This document shows positions 12,441 through 22,799 of a stretch of DNA of 64,000 nucleotides, in pieces (position 1 is the stretch's first letter; the number at the start of each line of letters is the position of its first letter). The notes below the pieces were generated by a model. It made no database searches, was not told the origin of the DNA, and saw nothing but the letters and a program-made list of their open reading frames with translations. The DNA is from Sminthopsis crassicaudata (taxonomy: Eukaryota), in the NCBI RefSeq assembly GCF_048593235.1, contig NC_133621.1, positions 219,687,238-219,751,237 on the forward strand. Direction: 5' to 3'. The translations under genes were made by a program, and so were the position numbers.

Positions 12441-15400
12441 AAGAGAGAGAAAGTTGGAAGGAAGGAGGGAGAGGAGAGAGATACAAATTCCTTAATGCAA
12501 CACAGCCCCATTTTTTTCCTTTGATTCTCTTCTGAGTTCATCTACTTTCACCCAGTCTAGGCCAAGAAATACTCACTGACTAATGCATAGAATTAAAGAT
12601 TAGGGGGGGGGAACCCTAGCTTTAGAGGGGATGGAGTTTAATACAGAACCTTAACAAATATTCCAGAGTATCAACATCACAGCCTTTCACAGTTCAAAAG
12701 GATCTTAAAACTGGATAATTCCAGTTCAATCTCCTTCATTTTTTAAAAGGAAGATATCCAGAATTGAAGGGCAGAGAATATCCTCTAAGGTTATCATCTT
12801 TGAAAGCAGCAAGATTGGAATCTGTTTCCTCTGCCTCCCATCTTTTAAAAAAAATTTCTTTGTGCTGACTCTTCAATGACCTTCAGCTACCCACTTCCTC
12901 ATCTTCTCCCCAGTTCCAGTTAAGACTTTGGTACGAATTCAGTACCAAGGAATACAGACCAGAAGAGGAAGAGCATGATCCAGAAGAGAATGTTGCCTAT
13001 GGCCGGCAACTCTCATAGGAGAATCTTTAGAGAAGGGGCCTTTAGAGAATGGGCATTAGAGAAAAGAAAGTTGCTTAGGCATAAAGGGGAATTTTATCAA
13101 AGTCAGAGAGAGCTGGAAATGGAGTCTATGATAGGAGATTGAACATTTCCCTTTTTTTAAAGGACATAAAAAAGAATCTCTTCCTCAATCCTCAACTATA
13201 TGGACTAGAGGCAAAAAACATTAGTTCCCTTGAAATTCTCGACCTTTTATTCTTCCATATGAACTTTGTTGTTATTTTTTCTAGGTCACTAAAATAGTTT
13301 CATGGGAGTCTGATTGGTATAGCACTAAATAAATAGATTAGTTTGGGGAGTATTGTCATCTTTATTATATTCTTTCTGCCTATCCACGAGCACTGGATGT
13401 CTTTCCAATTATTTAAATCTGACTTTATTTTTGTGGCAAGTGCCTTGTAATTTTGTTCATATAATTCCTGACTTTTCTTTGGTAGATGGATTCCCAAATA
13501 TTTTATGCTCTCGACATTTGTTTGGAATGGAATTTCTCTTTGTATCTCTTGCTGTTGCAATTTATTGGTGATGTATAAAAATGCTGAGTATATATGTGGA
13601 TTTATTTTGTACCCAGCAACTTTGCTAAAGTTGTGAATTATTTCTAATAACTTTTTATTAAAATCTCTGGGGTTTTCTAAGCATACCATTATATCATCTG
13701 CAAAGAGTGACAGTTTGATTTCCTCATTACCTACTCTTATTCCTTTAATTAGAGGCAAAAAACAAAACAAAACAAAAATGCAGTGATCCTCAGACTTTCT
13801 GTATTGGATAACAATGTCTCAAGCAGCAAGTAGCATAATATTGTCAACCATATTATCCTCCTTACCCAAATGGGTTTCCCTCTTTTTTTCCCAGGTCCTT
13901 CCAAGAAGCTTCAGAGCTGCCAGTCTCTGGGGAGTTAGATTGGGTAACAAGGGCACGAATGAGGCAGCCCCGTTGTGGCCTGGAGGATCCTTTCAACCAG
14001 AAGACCCAAAAATATTTGCTTTTAGGTGAGGGTTGAAGTTCAGAAGGGAATGTGGAAGGTAGAGTGAGGAATATTGCAAGTTACGGGATGGGGAGCGATG
14101 GATTGACCCCTAAGCTTAAAATGGTTCTGAGTTGACTCTAAGAGGACACAAAGGCTTAGGTTTCTTTCTCTCCATCCCTGTCTGGTGGTAAGAACATTTG
14201 ATTTCTGATTCATATCCAACCTCCCCAGGTCGTTGGAGGAAGAGGCATCTAACATTCCGTATTTTGAATTGGCCATCTACCCTCCCAGTCCACATTGCCA
14301 AGGCAGCCTTGTATACTGCCTTCAGATACTGGAGCCGGGTGGCCTCCCTGAGCTTTCGAGAGGTTCGGGCAGGCTGGGCAGATATCCGTCTCTCCTTCCA
14401 TGGCCGACACAGCCCCCATTGCTCACAAGGTTTTGATGGACCTGGTAAGTCCCTGTGCTTTTGATCTTGTTCCCTCTCATCATCAGCAGATTGTGAACTT
14501 GATCATCATTCTCCCTCTTCTTTGTATTCTTCAACCTTTTTCTATTAGTTCTTTTTCTGCCTTCCACCATGCCCAAATCTATCCTAGCCTTAAAAAAACC
14601 CTTCAATAGGCCCTATTATCCCATCTAAAATATTATCCTATCTTTCCTCCTCTTTCAAACTCATAAAAAAAGCTTTCTACATTTATTGCCTTTCTTTCCT
14701 CTCATTCCCCAAGCATTTGCATTCATCAGAAACTATTTCTCTACAGTTACCAATATAATTGACCAAATCTGATGGTTTTCTTTTCTTTTCTTTTTTTTTT
14801 TTTTAAAGTACTCATTCTTCTAATTTTGTCTGCTCCATTCGACACTGTGGACCATCCTCTCTTCTCTGGGTTTTTGTGACATTCTATAGTGACTTCTAGT
14901 CAATGAGAAGTCTATAGGGACTTCTAGTGACTTCTGTACACATATTTCCATAATTATTATGCTAGACAAGAAAAATCAGATCAGAAAGGAAAAAAATGAG
15001 GAAAAAACCAAGCAAACAACAAAAAGAGTGAAAATGCTATATATTGTGATCCACACTCAGTCCCCACAGTCCTCTATCTAGTGCATAGTGCAGATGGCTC
15101 TCTCTTCATTTCCTCCAGTGTCTCTCTCTTCCCATCTCTCTGTCTTTCTGTGTCTTTCTCTCCCTTCCATCTGTCTTCCCTCCTCTCCTTCCCTCCCTTT
15201 CACTCTCCTCTTCTCTCTGCCTGTCTGTCTCTTCCTTATCTGGCTCTCCTACATGTCTGACTATTTTTTTTTTTCTCAGTCTCCTTGGCAGGACCTAAGT
15301 CACACAACCCCTAACTGGAAGTATTCTAGGTTCTGTCCTAGGCTTCCTTCTTTTCTCTCTCTATTCTTAGTTGGTTATTTTATCAGTTTCCATGAGTTTA

Positions 15401-18400
15401 AGATTGATTTCCAGATCAATATATTCAGTTTTAGTCTCCCACTTGAACTTCAGTCCCATATCACCAATTACTTATAAGACATTTCAAACTAAACATGTCC
15501 AAAAAACAAAACAAAAAAAAAAAAACTCATTATCTTTCCTTTCAAACATACCCCTCTTCCAAATTTCCTAATTTTTGCCAAATGTGCTGTAATAATAACA
15601 GCTAGAATTTATTCATGTTACAAATATTACTTAATTTTATCCTCGTAACAACTCTGGGAGATAGCTGCTTATATTATATCCAATTTATAGGAGATGAAAC
15701 AGGAACACAGAGGTTAAAAGGCTTGCTTGGGTTCAGGTCCTTCTCCTACTCAGTAAACTATTTTAAATGCCTTATTATTGCTTCTAAAATAAAATATAAA
15801 CTTCTTCCTTCAGGGCCTTTTAAGGGCAATCACAATTTGGCCCTATCTTTCCATATTCTTTAGATACTTCTTCCTGTCTCAGTCTCTGTGATGCAGCCAA
15901 ATGCTCTTTGTTCTGTTTCTCACACATCATGACCTTTTCTTCTCCATTCCTTTGGATTAGCTAATCTCCCATGTCTGGAATGCCCTTTTTTCACTTATGT
16001 CTTCTAGAGATGTAGATGTAGAGACTTTTACATGAAGTCCTTCTTGATTCTCAACAACTTGTATCCTCCCTCTTGTCACCTTGTATTTATTCTGTACATA
16101 ACATTTATACATATATGTGTCTATTTCTCTCCTTGTTGTATGCTGTTTTAGAATATAAGCTGTTTGCTAGTAGGGATTGCCATATTGTATTTATATCTCA
16201 AATAAAGAACTGATTTTATTAAGTACTGGTTTAGTCTATGAACTCCTTACTACATTTGTGTGCATTGCTCTCCTCCCCCTGATAATCTCTCCCCCATTTT
16301 GACAGCTTCCTAAAGCTCCCTTTGAAGAACTTGGGCTCCTTTTCTACATTCCCATTGAGTTTTCTTGTCTGCAAGCTCCTTGAGGGAAGGACTGTATTTT
16401 GCCTCTTTTTTGTAACCTCACCACTTAGGACAGTGCCTGATACATAGTAGGAACTTAATGGATGTTTAATGATTGATTCATCTTTTCTTTTCTGGACACA
16501 GGATAGCATTGTGGAAAGATTCCTAGATTTGGAGTTAGAAGGGTTGGATTGGACTCTTGGCTCCCCCATGTACAACCTGTTGAGGCTTTTGGGTGGTATT
16601 GGCCTTGAGTCAGGAAGCCCAGAGGACAAATCAGGCCTCAGATAATGATGGTGAGACTGAACTTCTGTTTGTCTCACTTCCATCATCTGTAAAATGAGGG
16701 TAGTAATAACACTTACCTTCTAGGGTTGTGATGAAGATCCAATGAGATATTCTTAATGCACTTAATACAGTACCTGGCAAATAGTCGTTGTTATATAAAT
16801 ACCCTGCTACCTGAGTCCACTTGGACCTTTGGTTTCTTTTTCTCTAAAATGAAGAGACTGGATTTGAAGGCCACATCCTTTGATCCATGACTTCTTCCCA
16901 GAGGACACTTTTGAGGTTTGGGATGGGAATGGAGATGATAAACAAGATTTTGGGACTAACTAGATCTTGAAGGGATGGAGAAATCAAAATAAAGTCACTG
17001 GGGGGCAATTATATATTTAAACTCAACAGTTACTAAATTCCCCTTTCTCAATGCTCTGTGCCCAGGAAAAGTCTTAGCCCATGCTGACATCCCTGAGTCG
17101 GGCAGTGTGCACTTTGATGAATCAGAGAAATGGACAGAAGGGACCAAAATGGGGGTGAATTTTCGCATCATTGCAGCCCATGAGCTTGGCCATGCACTAG
17201 GACTGGGCCATTCCCGATACCCACAGGCTCTCATGGCACCTGTTTATTCTGGCTTCCGACCCCACTTTCAGCTTCATCCTGATGATGTAGCAGGGATTCA
17301 GGCCCTCTATGGTAAGTCTCTCTTCACCCCCAAGTGTTCGCTTCTCCAAGTGTCCTACTTCAGTGAATACTCTTTTTCCTCAACCCCCCCAAATAGGACT
17401 CTTTTATAGTGAGAGGTTTCTAGGAATGACATACCTTGGCTCCCTCTTACGCAATCAAAGGGATCCCCTTTGACTTTAACCTCCTGTCTGCAGTCTTAGG
17501 CCCAGTGCCCTCAACTTCCTTATTGGGAATAGAGAGTATTTTAGTTATTTTACTTTTTCCCACTTCCTGGCACCCAAAAGCCATCAGACTTTCCTTGTTT
17601 TTGTTTCTACTGGAAGCCAAAATGGACTTTTTATCCTTTCCCAGGATCTCTAAGCAAATGATAGGAAGAGTATCCTGGGAACCTTGTTATCTCACATGTG
17701 GTATCTTAAATGCCTTTCCTTTGGCCCTGAACTGTATTTAATTTGCAGGCAAGAGGATCCCTCCCAGTGGAGAGGAGGAGGAGGAGGAGAAGGAGGAGGA
17801 GGAGGAAGGGAATGAAGTTTCCATTGTAACCCCAGGGCCCACAATGCCCGGAACTATGCCTGACCCCTGCAGTGGAGAGCTGGATGCCATGATGCTGGGT
17901 AAACCCCTCCTCCATTGAGGGTAGAGTTCAGTAAAATGGCTCAGACCATTTATCCCTAAGGACTGGAAAAATGGGAATGATTCAGGGCTGCCTTAGAAGG
18001 TAGAGCTCCATGCCTCTAGAATGAACACATGTGGAAGGGGTGGGGAAGGGAATGTTCTGACTTGTGATTTCATGTGTGTGGGATTTCTGGTGTGAAAATT
18101 CCCTTTACTGCTACGATCTGTTCAAATGTAACTTATTGTCCCAGAGAGGCCTGGACATTGATAAGTGAAATGATTTGCAGAGTATGTGTCCAAGCATTGC
18201 AGAATGTGGTCTTGCCAGGCTTCCTTTTCATTATTTACAGATTGTCTCTCACTTGTTTTGAAATAAACTTTGAACTTCAGATAGGGTGTGAGGGTGTGTG
18301 TATATACATGTGTGGCCTGGACCTGGCTTTGCTTTTTCACTTTCACCTATCATCCCTTCTTCAGGCCCTTATGGAAAGACATATGCCTTCAAAGGAGACT

Positions 18401-19475
18401 ATGTATGGACAGTGACTGGTTCCAGACTGGGGCCCCTTTTCCACGTGGCGACTTTATGGAAGGGGCTCCCAGGGAACCTGGATGCTGCTGTCTACTCTCC
18501 TCGTACAAAATGGATCCACTTCTTTAAGGGTGAGGAAGGAATAAGGTGTCTTTAAAAAGGGGAACAAAGTCTGTTTAAGAGGATAAAGATTTGACATTTG
18601 GGCTTTTCTGGGGGGAAAGGGCAAGGACCAGATCTATGGTTTTCTTGGTATAGGGAACTCCTAGTATGGAAAACTCCTTTCACTGTTGTAGACTAGTACC
18701 TTTTCTGTAACTTTTAGCTACAGTGTTAGAGTTACCAGGGGGCACTGAGAGGTTTAGTGCCTTAAGATCATAATGCTAGTTTTTGTCAGGGATAGTACTT
18801 GAACCCAGGTCTTCCTGATTCTATTAGATCCTCTCTCTGAGTCCCTGGAAAATAAAGAAGAAAAATTGTGAAAGGAAGGGATATAAAGATATACTCAAGG
18901 CCTTTTCCTCTCTCCCCCTAATCTCTTTAGGCAATATGATCTGGCGCTATATGGGCTTCAAACTGGTCCCTGGCTTCCCTAAGCGGCTAAGAGATGTGGG
19001 ACCCAACTTGGATGCAGCTCTGTACTGGCCCCTCAACCAGAAAGTTTTCCTCTTCAAGGTACAAAGTCTTCAACTTTGTAAAAGTATAAGTGTCTTAATG
19101 GGAGGGACTGTTTTTCCTTTAGGGCTTTGCTTTGCCAATAAAGGGAACTGACATTCTTAACACTTTTTTTTCTTTTATTCTCAGGGCTCTGGGTATTGGC
19201 AGTGGGATGAATTGGCAGTGAATGATTTCAGCCGTTACCCCAAGCCGATAGGAAAGCTGTTCACTGGGGTGCCAGACAAGCCCTCTGCAGCCTTGAGTTG
19301 GCAGGATGGCAAAGTTTATTTCTTTAAGGGTAAAAAGTACTGGCGCCTGAACCAGCAGCTCCGAGTGGAGAAAGGCTTTCCCAAGGACACTTCTCAGAAC
19401 TGGATGCACTGTCTCCCCCCAACCACAGATATCCCAACCTCAACCACCAGCTCCACCCCAACAAGTGCCCACTGA
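10768..19475 (+). CDS. MMP19: Matrix metalloproteinase-19, complete spliced CDS (9 exons, 1506 nt, 501 aa)
   Basis: Exons 10768-10857, 11242-11330, 13895-14025, 14229-14444, 17066-17311, 17749-17898, 18365-18529, 18931-19058, 19185-19475, all GT-AG with consistent phases. Signal peptide [18 protein letters not shown], cysteine switch PRCGLED, zinc motif [11 protein letters not shown], Met-turn ALMAP, acidic hinge and hemopexin repeats closed by the second Cys (WMHC). Confidence 0.97.
11242..11330 (+). CDS. MMP19: MMP19 exon 2 (propeptide)
   Basis: cctag acceptor; [30 protein letters not shown]; donor GTAAGA. Confidence 0.93.
11557..11700 (+). mobile_element. Marsupial tRNA-derived SINE (WSINE1/MAR1-like)
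   Basis: ggggcagctaggtggcacagtggatagagcacc (Pol III A box), ggacccgagttca (B box), gtgaccctgggcaagtcacttaacccc core; G12 tail. Confidence 0.85.
11943..12347. other. Assembly gap (Ns 11943-12176 and 12183-12347)
   Basis: N runs separated by agagag. Confidence 0.99.
12348..12482. repeat. (GA)n microsatellite adjoining an assembly gap
   Basis: gagagaga arrays directly after the Ns. Confidence 0.9.
13221..13749 (-). mobile_element. LINE-1 ORF2 reverse-transcriptase fragment in MMP19 intron 2, with 15-bp TSD
   Basis: Minus-strand translation [27 protein letters not shown]...KYLGI...[25 protein letters not shown]. Direct repeat tagaggcaaaaaaca at 13206-13220 and 13750-13764. Confidence 0.93.
13895..14025 (+). 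CDS. MMP19: MMP19 exon 3 (cysteine switch)
   Basis: [44 protein letters not shown]. Confidence 0.96.
14229..14444 (+). CDS. MMP19: MMP19 exon 4 (catalytic domain)
   Basis: [15 protein letters not shown]...[23 protein letters not shown]; donor GTAAGT. Confidence 0.96.
14560..16480 (+). mobile_element. Fragmented L2 LINE in MMP19 intron 4, interrupted by an L1 3'UTR piece, a pyrimidine tract and a MIR
   Basis: L2-type segments (gacactgtggaccatcctctcttctctggg; 3' end aagctccttgagggaaggactg...acagtgcctgatacatagtagg). Boundaries approximate. Confidence 0.6.
16497..16790 (+). mobile_element. MIR SINE
   Basis: MIR core: catctgtaaaatgagggtagtaataacacttaccttctagggttgtgatgaagatc. Other MIR remnants near 2170-2590, 8530-8700, 11705-11860, 25065-25225, 31490-31650 and 38360-38520. 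Confidence 0.7.
17066..17311 (+). CDS. MMP19: MMP19 exon 5 (zinc-binding site)
   Basis: [18 protein letters not shown]...[25 protein letters not shown]...[11 protein letters not shown]. Confidence 0.97.
17749..17898 (+). CDS. MMP19: MMP19 exon 6 (acidic hinge)
   Basis: [50 protein letters not shown]. Confidence 0.93.
18365..18529 (+). CDS. MMP19: MMP19 exon 7 (hemopexin)
   Basis: [16 protein letters not shown]...[23 protein letters not shown]. Confidence 0.96.
18931..19058 (+). CDS. MMP19: MMP19 exon 8 (hemopexin)
   Basis: [42 protein letters not shown]. Confidence 0.96.
19185..19475 (+). CDS. MMP19: MMP19 exon 9 (hemopexin and Thr-rich tail, stop)
   Basis: [10 protein letters not shown]...[25 protein letters not shown]; TGA 19473-19475; AATAAA at 19644-19649. 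Confidence 0.95.
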   Translation, partial: GSGYWQWDELAVNDFSRYPKPIGKLFTGVPDKPSAALSWQDGKVYFFKGKKYWRLNQQLRVEKGFPKDTSQNWMHCLPPTTDIPTSTTSSTPTSAH

Positions 19476-21403
19476 GCCACAAACAAGGCCACATCTCTCT
19501 CAGCCTCAGATAACTCCTCTTCATTTCTTACTACCACCTTTGCTCAGGAGTAGGAATTGTCTCTACTTCTGTACTCTGCCAAGGACAGGACCATCAGTGA
19601 TGGACAACCTACCTCTTGTCCTGGGAGTAGCACTTTGCCCCTGAATAAAAGACTTGCCTTGACCTAGTGCATCTAGCCCTCCTGGATGGCCACTGCATTT
19701 TCCCCACCTTGGCAGGGCTACTTTTTCTTTTCTAAAATTAACCACTTCCTGGCTAGGCACAACTTCTCCCTTATCTAGGATACCATCAGTTAACTCCTTG
19801 CCTAAGGGCAGCTCTGGATGTCAGGGGCCATCTCTCTTTCCAATTGTTGACTATACACAGGATATGTCTTTAGGATTAGGAATAGAGGGAAAGGGAGGTT
19901 TGCCAGCTGGGACAAAAAATGTTTCTAGAGCTTGGTGTGGTTAAGTTTTCTTTATAATTCTTGCTATAATTAATGCATAGCCTTGAAGAGCTCAAATGAG
20001 ATACTCCTAAAAATATCTCAATCATATGAGACAAAATATGTCACTTTTTAAAGTGAAGTTAATATGATTTAGTGACCAAATGATAAAACAACCTCCCTGG
20101 GAGATGTGATTTGTCTTTCACCATAGATGTGTTTCTTTTATGCACTGATCATACAGTAATTTATAAAAATTATTGTTGTAAATGTCTTATTATTCCTATT
20201 AGATTGTAAACCCCTGGAGGGCAAGGACTAAGTCTTATGTTTTTATCCACCTAAGCACCTAGCAGTGTGCTTTTCAAAATGCTTAATATGTTTGTTGAAC
20301 TAATGAAAGAAAGAAATCAGATCACGCATCTATTAAACTGTAAACACTGGACTAAGGAAAAAAAGAATGTAAGAATAGGCTATTAATATTAATATAAGTG
20401 ACTTTTAAAACTAGATGCCAATTTTAAGTGTAAGAAAGCTAGGATCTACCTGGTACCAGAAGACCCAAAATAAGTTGGATAACAGAGTGTTCTGCAGGAG
20501 GATCAAATTTGTCAGCATGCCTCTAAATCTAATGATTGGTTCCAGACATTTAGAAGGAAATATGGAGAAGTAGAAATAGAAGAGAGCAATTTGTCAGGCT
20601 AGCCCACCTTGATGAAAGTGTCCTTTAAGAGCATTAATTCTTTGCAATGTTTCTATGTTCACCATGCAAACTTTTGATCTCTGTAATTTGGTTTTCAGGT
20701 GAGGATGCTTGTGATTGGTATTGGTTATTTAGTTGGATATATTTATTTTTGCCAATGAATAAACTGGCCTCCATAATTGGGATCACTTGTGATTTCTGCT
20801 CAAATGAACTAATTCCTCAGAGCCTATCACTTCCAAGTGATATTTTTTAACCAACAATATTATTATTAAATATTTAAAAGATATTAAGTATGTTTTCAAA
20901 TTTTGTTTTAAGGTGGTTTTTTTCCTTAAGAATTTTATAGAGGTTAAGTGGGGAAGGGAATTTAAAAAAAAAAGTGGAAACATCCATTAAGCAAAAATCT
21001 GAAAAGTTCTCTCAGAAAAAATGATAAAAAAATGGAAAAATTCTAAAACAGAATTCATGAGTCTGTAGAGCTGAGGATCAGAACATAACACCTAAACTTT
21101 CCTACAAGGTTTCAAAGGCATATTGGTGTAGTAGAAGCCTAGCCTTGGCCTAGAATCCTGCCTGGTCTTAACCTCAGACACATACTAGCAGTGGTAACCT
21201 GGGGATTTCATTTGACCCATGAATGGCACAGGGAACTCTTGTCTCTCAATAGGTGGGCTGCTTATCTGCATTAATAGAAGGAATTCCTTACACAAATAAA
21301 ACCTCAGATCTCTAAGTAGCAATTATTTTCCTTTAGAGCAGTGCTTGTACCTAACTGAGATTTAGTAAATCTTTGTTGAAATTAGATTCAAATAATTCCA
21401 TCT

Positions 21404-21561
21404 GGGGGCAGCTAGGCGGCGCAGTGGATAGAGCACCAGCCTTGAATTCAGGAGGACGTGAGTTCAAATGTGATCTCAGACACTTAACACTTCCTGGCTG
21501 TGTGACCCTGGGCAAGTCACTTAACCCCAGCCTGGGGGGGGGGGGGGAGGAAAAAAAAAAG
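21404..21561 (+). mobile_element. Marsupial tRNA-derived SINE with 14-bp TSD
   Basis: Same family as 11557; TSD aaataattccatct at 21390-21403 and 21562-21575; G14 then A10 tail. Confidence 0.9.
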
Positions 21562-22605
21562 AAATAATTCCATCTAAGAAAAAAAGAGGAAATAGGGAAA
21601 GAAGTCTGGAGCACCTGTTCAATCTTCAATGTTACTTTATTTACATACACCATCAATATCTCTCCCCTCCCTCTGCCCTGGTATCCATTTGTATTTCCTT
21701 TATGTCATGGGGGGAAGTTTATGGACACTAGAACAGACTGGAAATGTTAGGACAGGGTTAGTGGCTGGAGTGGAGGTGCAGTTAGCATGTTAGTGTCCTA
21801 CAGGGCTGAGGGCTGCTGGCATCTGTCAGTCTCCCATTTTGCCACTCTTATACTTCCTGCAGCTCTTCCCAGAGTTGCCTCCTTCCCTTCACCGAAAGGA
21901 GCCAGCAAGGAAGGGGCAGAGTCTAAGTGGACTCTGACCCAGCATATACAAGCAGGAGAGGAGGGAAAGGAAGAAGCACCAGGGAGGACAGAGCTCCCAA
22001 ATGAGGTAGGAATGGGGCTCAGGCACTGGAAGTGTGGGGGAGAAAAGAATATTGAGTGTTAAAACCCACTCCCTTCATTAGCCTGAGACTTGAGGAGTCA
22101 AGGAGAGCCAAAAGGGATCCTTCCCTTCCTTTTCTTCCCAGAAAGGAGTTATATTTGTCTTTAGAGATTCCCTGATTTTTCACAGGATCTTCAAAAACTT
22201 TTACCCCATATTCCCATTTTGAGGCACAGGATTTGGGTGGAACAAAAGGAAGTTGTGTTGAAGGGAGAAGGGTCCTTCCAGGGTTGAGGTCATGGTTGGT
22301 TGGGCAGTAGTATTGAGTTTTAGGGGTGACAGAAAATTCCAGGAATATCTCTATAGTTTGAACAGAGGTGAAAATTTGGTTCTTCCACCCCCTTTCTCCT
22401 TCAATCTCCCTCCAGCTGTCCCCAGCTCCACCCTGGCACATTCTCCTTCAGGGTTGGGCTAGACTACATTTCATGCCCTCTCCCTCCACCCCCAGAGGAA
22501 ATATGCATTTCCATATTTGTTTATCATTGGAAAATTCTACCTCTTTTACCCAAGCATTGCCCACCTGGTGCTCTGAACCTTCTCTCTAAGGCACAAGTGT
22601 AGGGT

Positions 22606-22610
<5 letters not shown>

Positions 22611-22655
<45 letters not shown>
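22611..22655. repeat. (TG)n / (CA)n microsatellite in the TMEM198B 3'UTR
   Basis: About 22 units, beginning 6 nt after the stop codon on the minus strand. Confidence 0.95.
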
Positions 22656-22657
<2 letters not shown>

Positions 22658-22661
22658 AGGC

Positions 22662-22799
22662 TCAGGTTTGGTTGGAGCGAGTGGGTATGGTGAGGGGCAC
22701 GGTGGAACCACAGTCAGAGTCTACGTCCAGGATGGCATGATGGGGAGTACCCACAGTGCTTGGCCCCAGCTGTCGATCCCGGAGACTCTGAAGATAGCT
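22662..22799 (-). CDS. TMEM198B: TMEM198B last coding exon
   Basis: ctacag acceptor; [45 protein letters not shown]; minus-strand AATAAA at 21641-21636. Confidence 0.9.
   Translation of the reverse strand, partial: SYLQSLRDRQLGPSTVGTPHHAILDVDSDCGSTVPLTIPTRSNQT

Noticed and set aside
11853-12486. Long ORFs of 147-183 aa
   Set aside because: Artefacts of N runs and the (GA)n repeat.
14229-14250. Possible gained furin site RWRKR in MMP19
   Set aside because: P4 is Trp, not Arg, so it does not fit R-X-K/R-R, and it lies inside the mature catalytic N-terminus.
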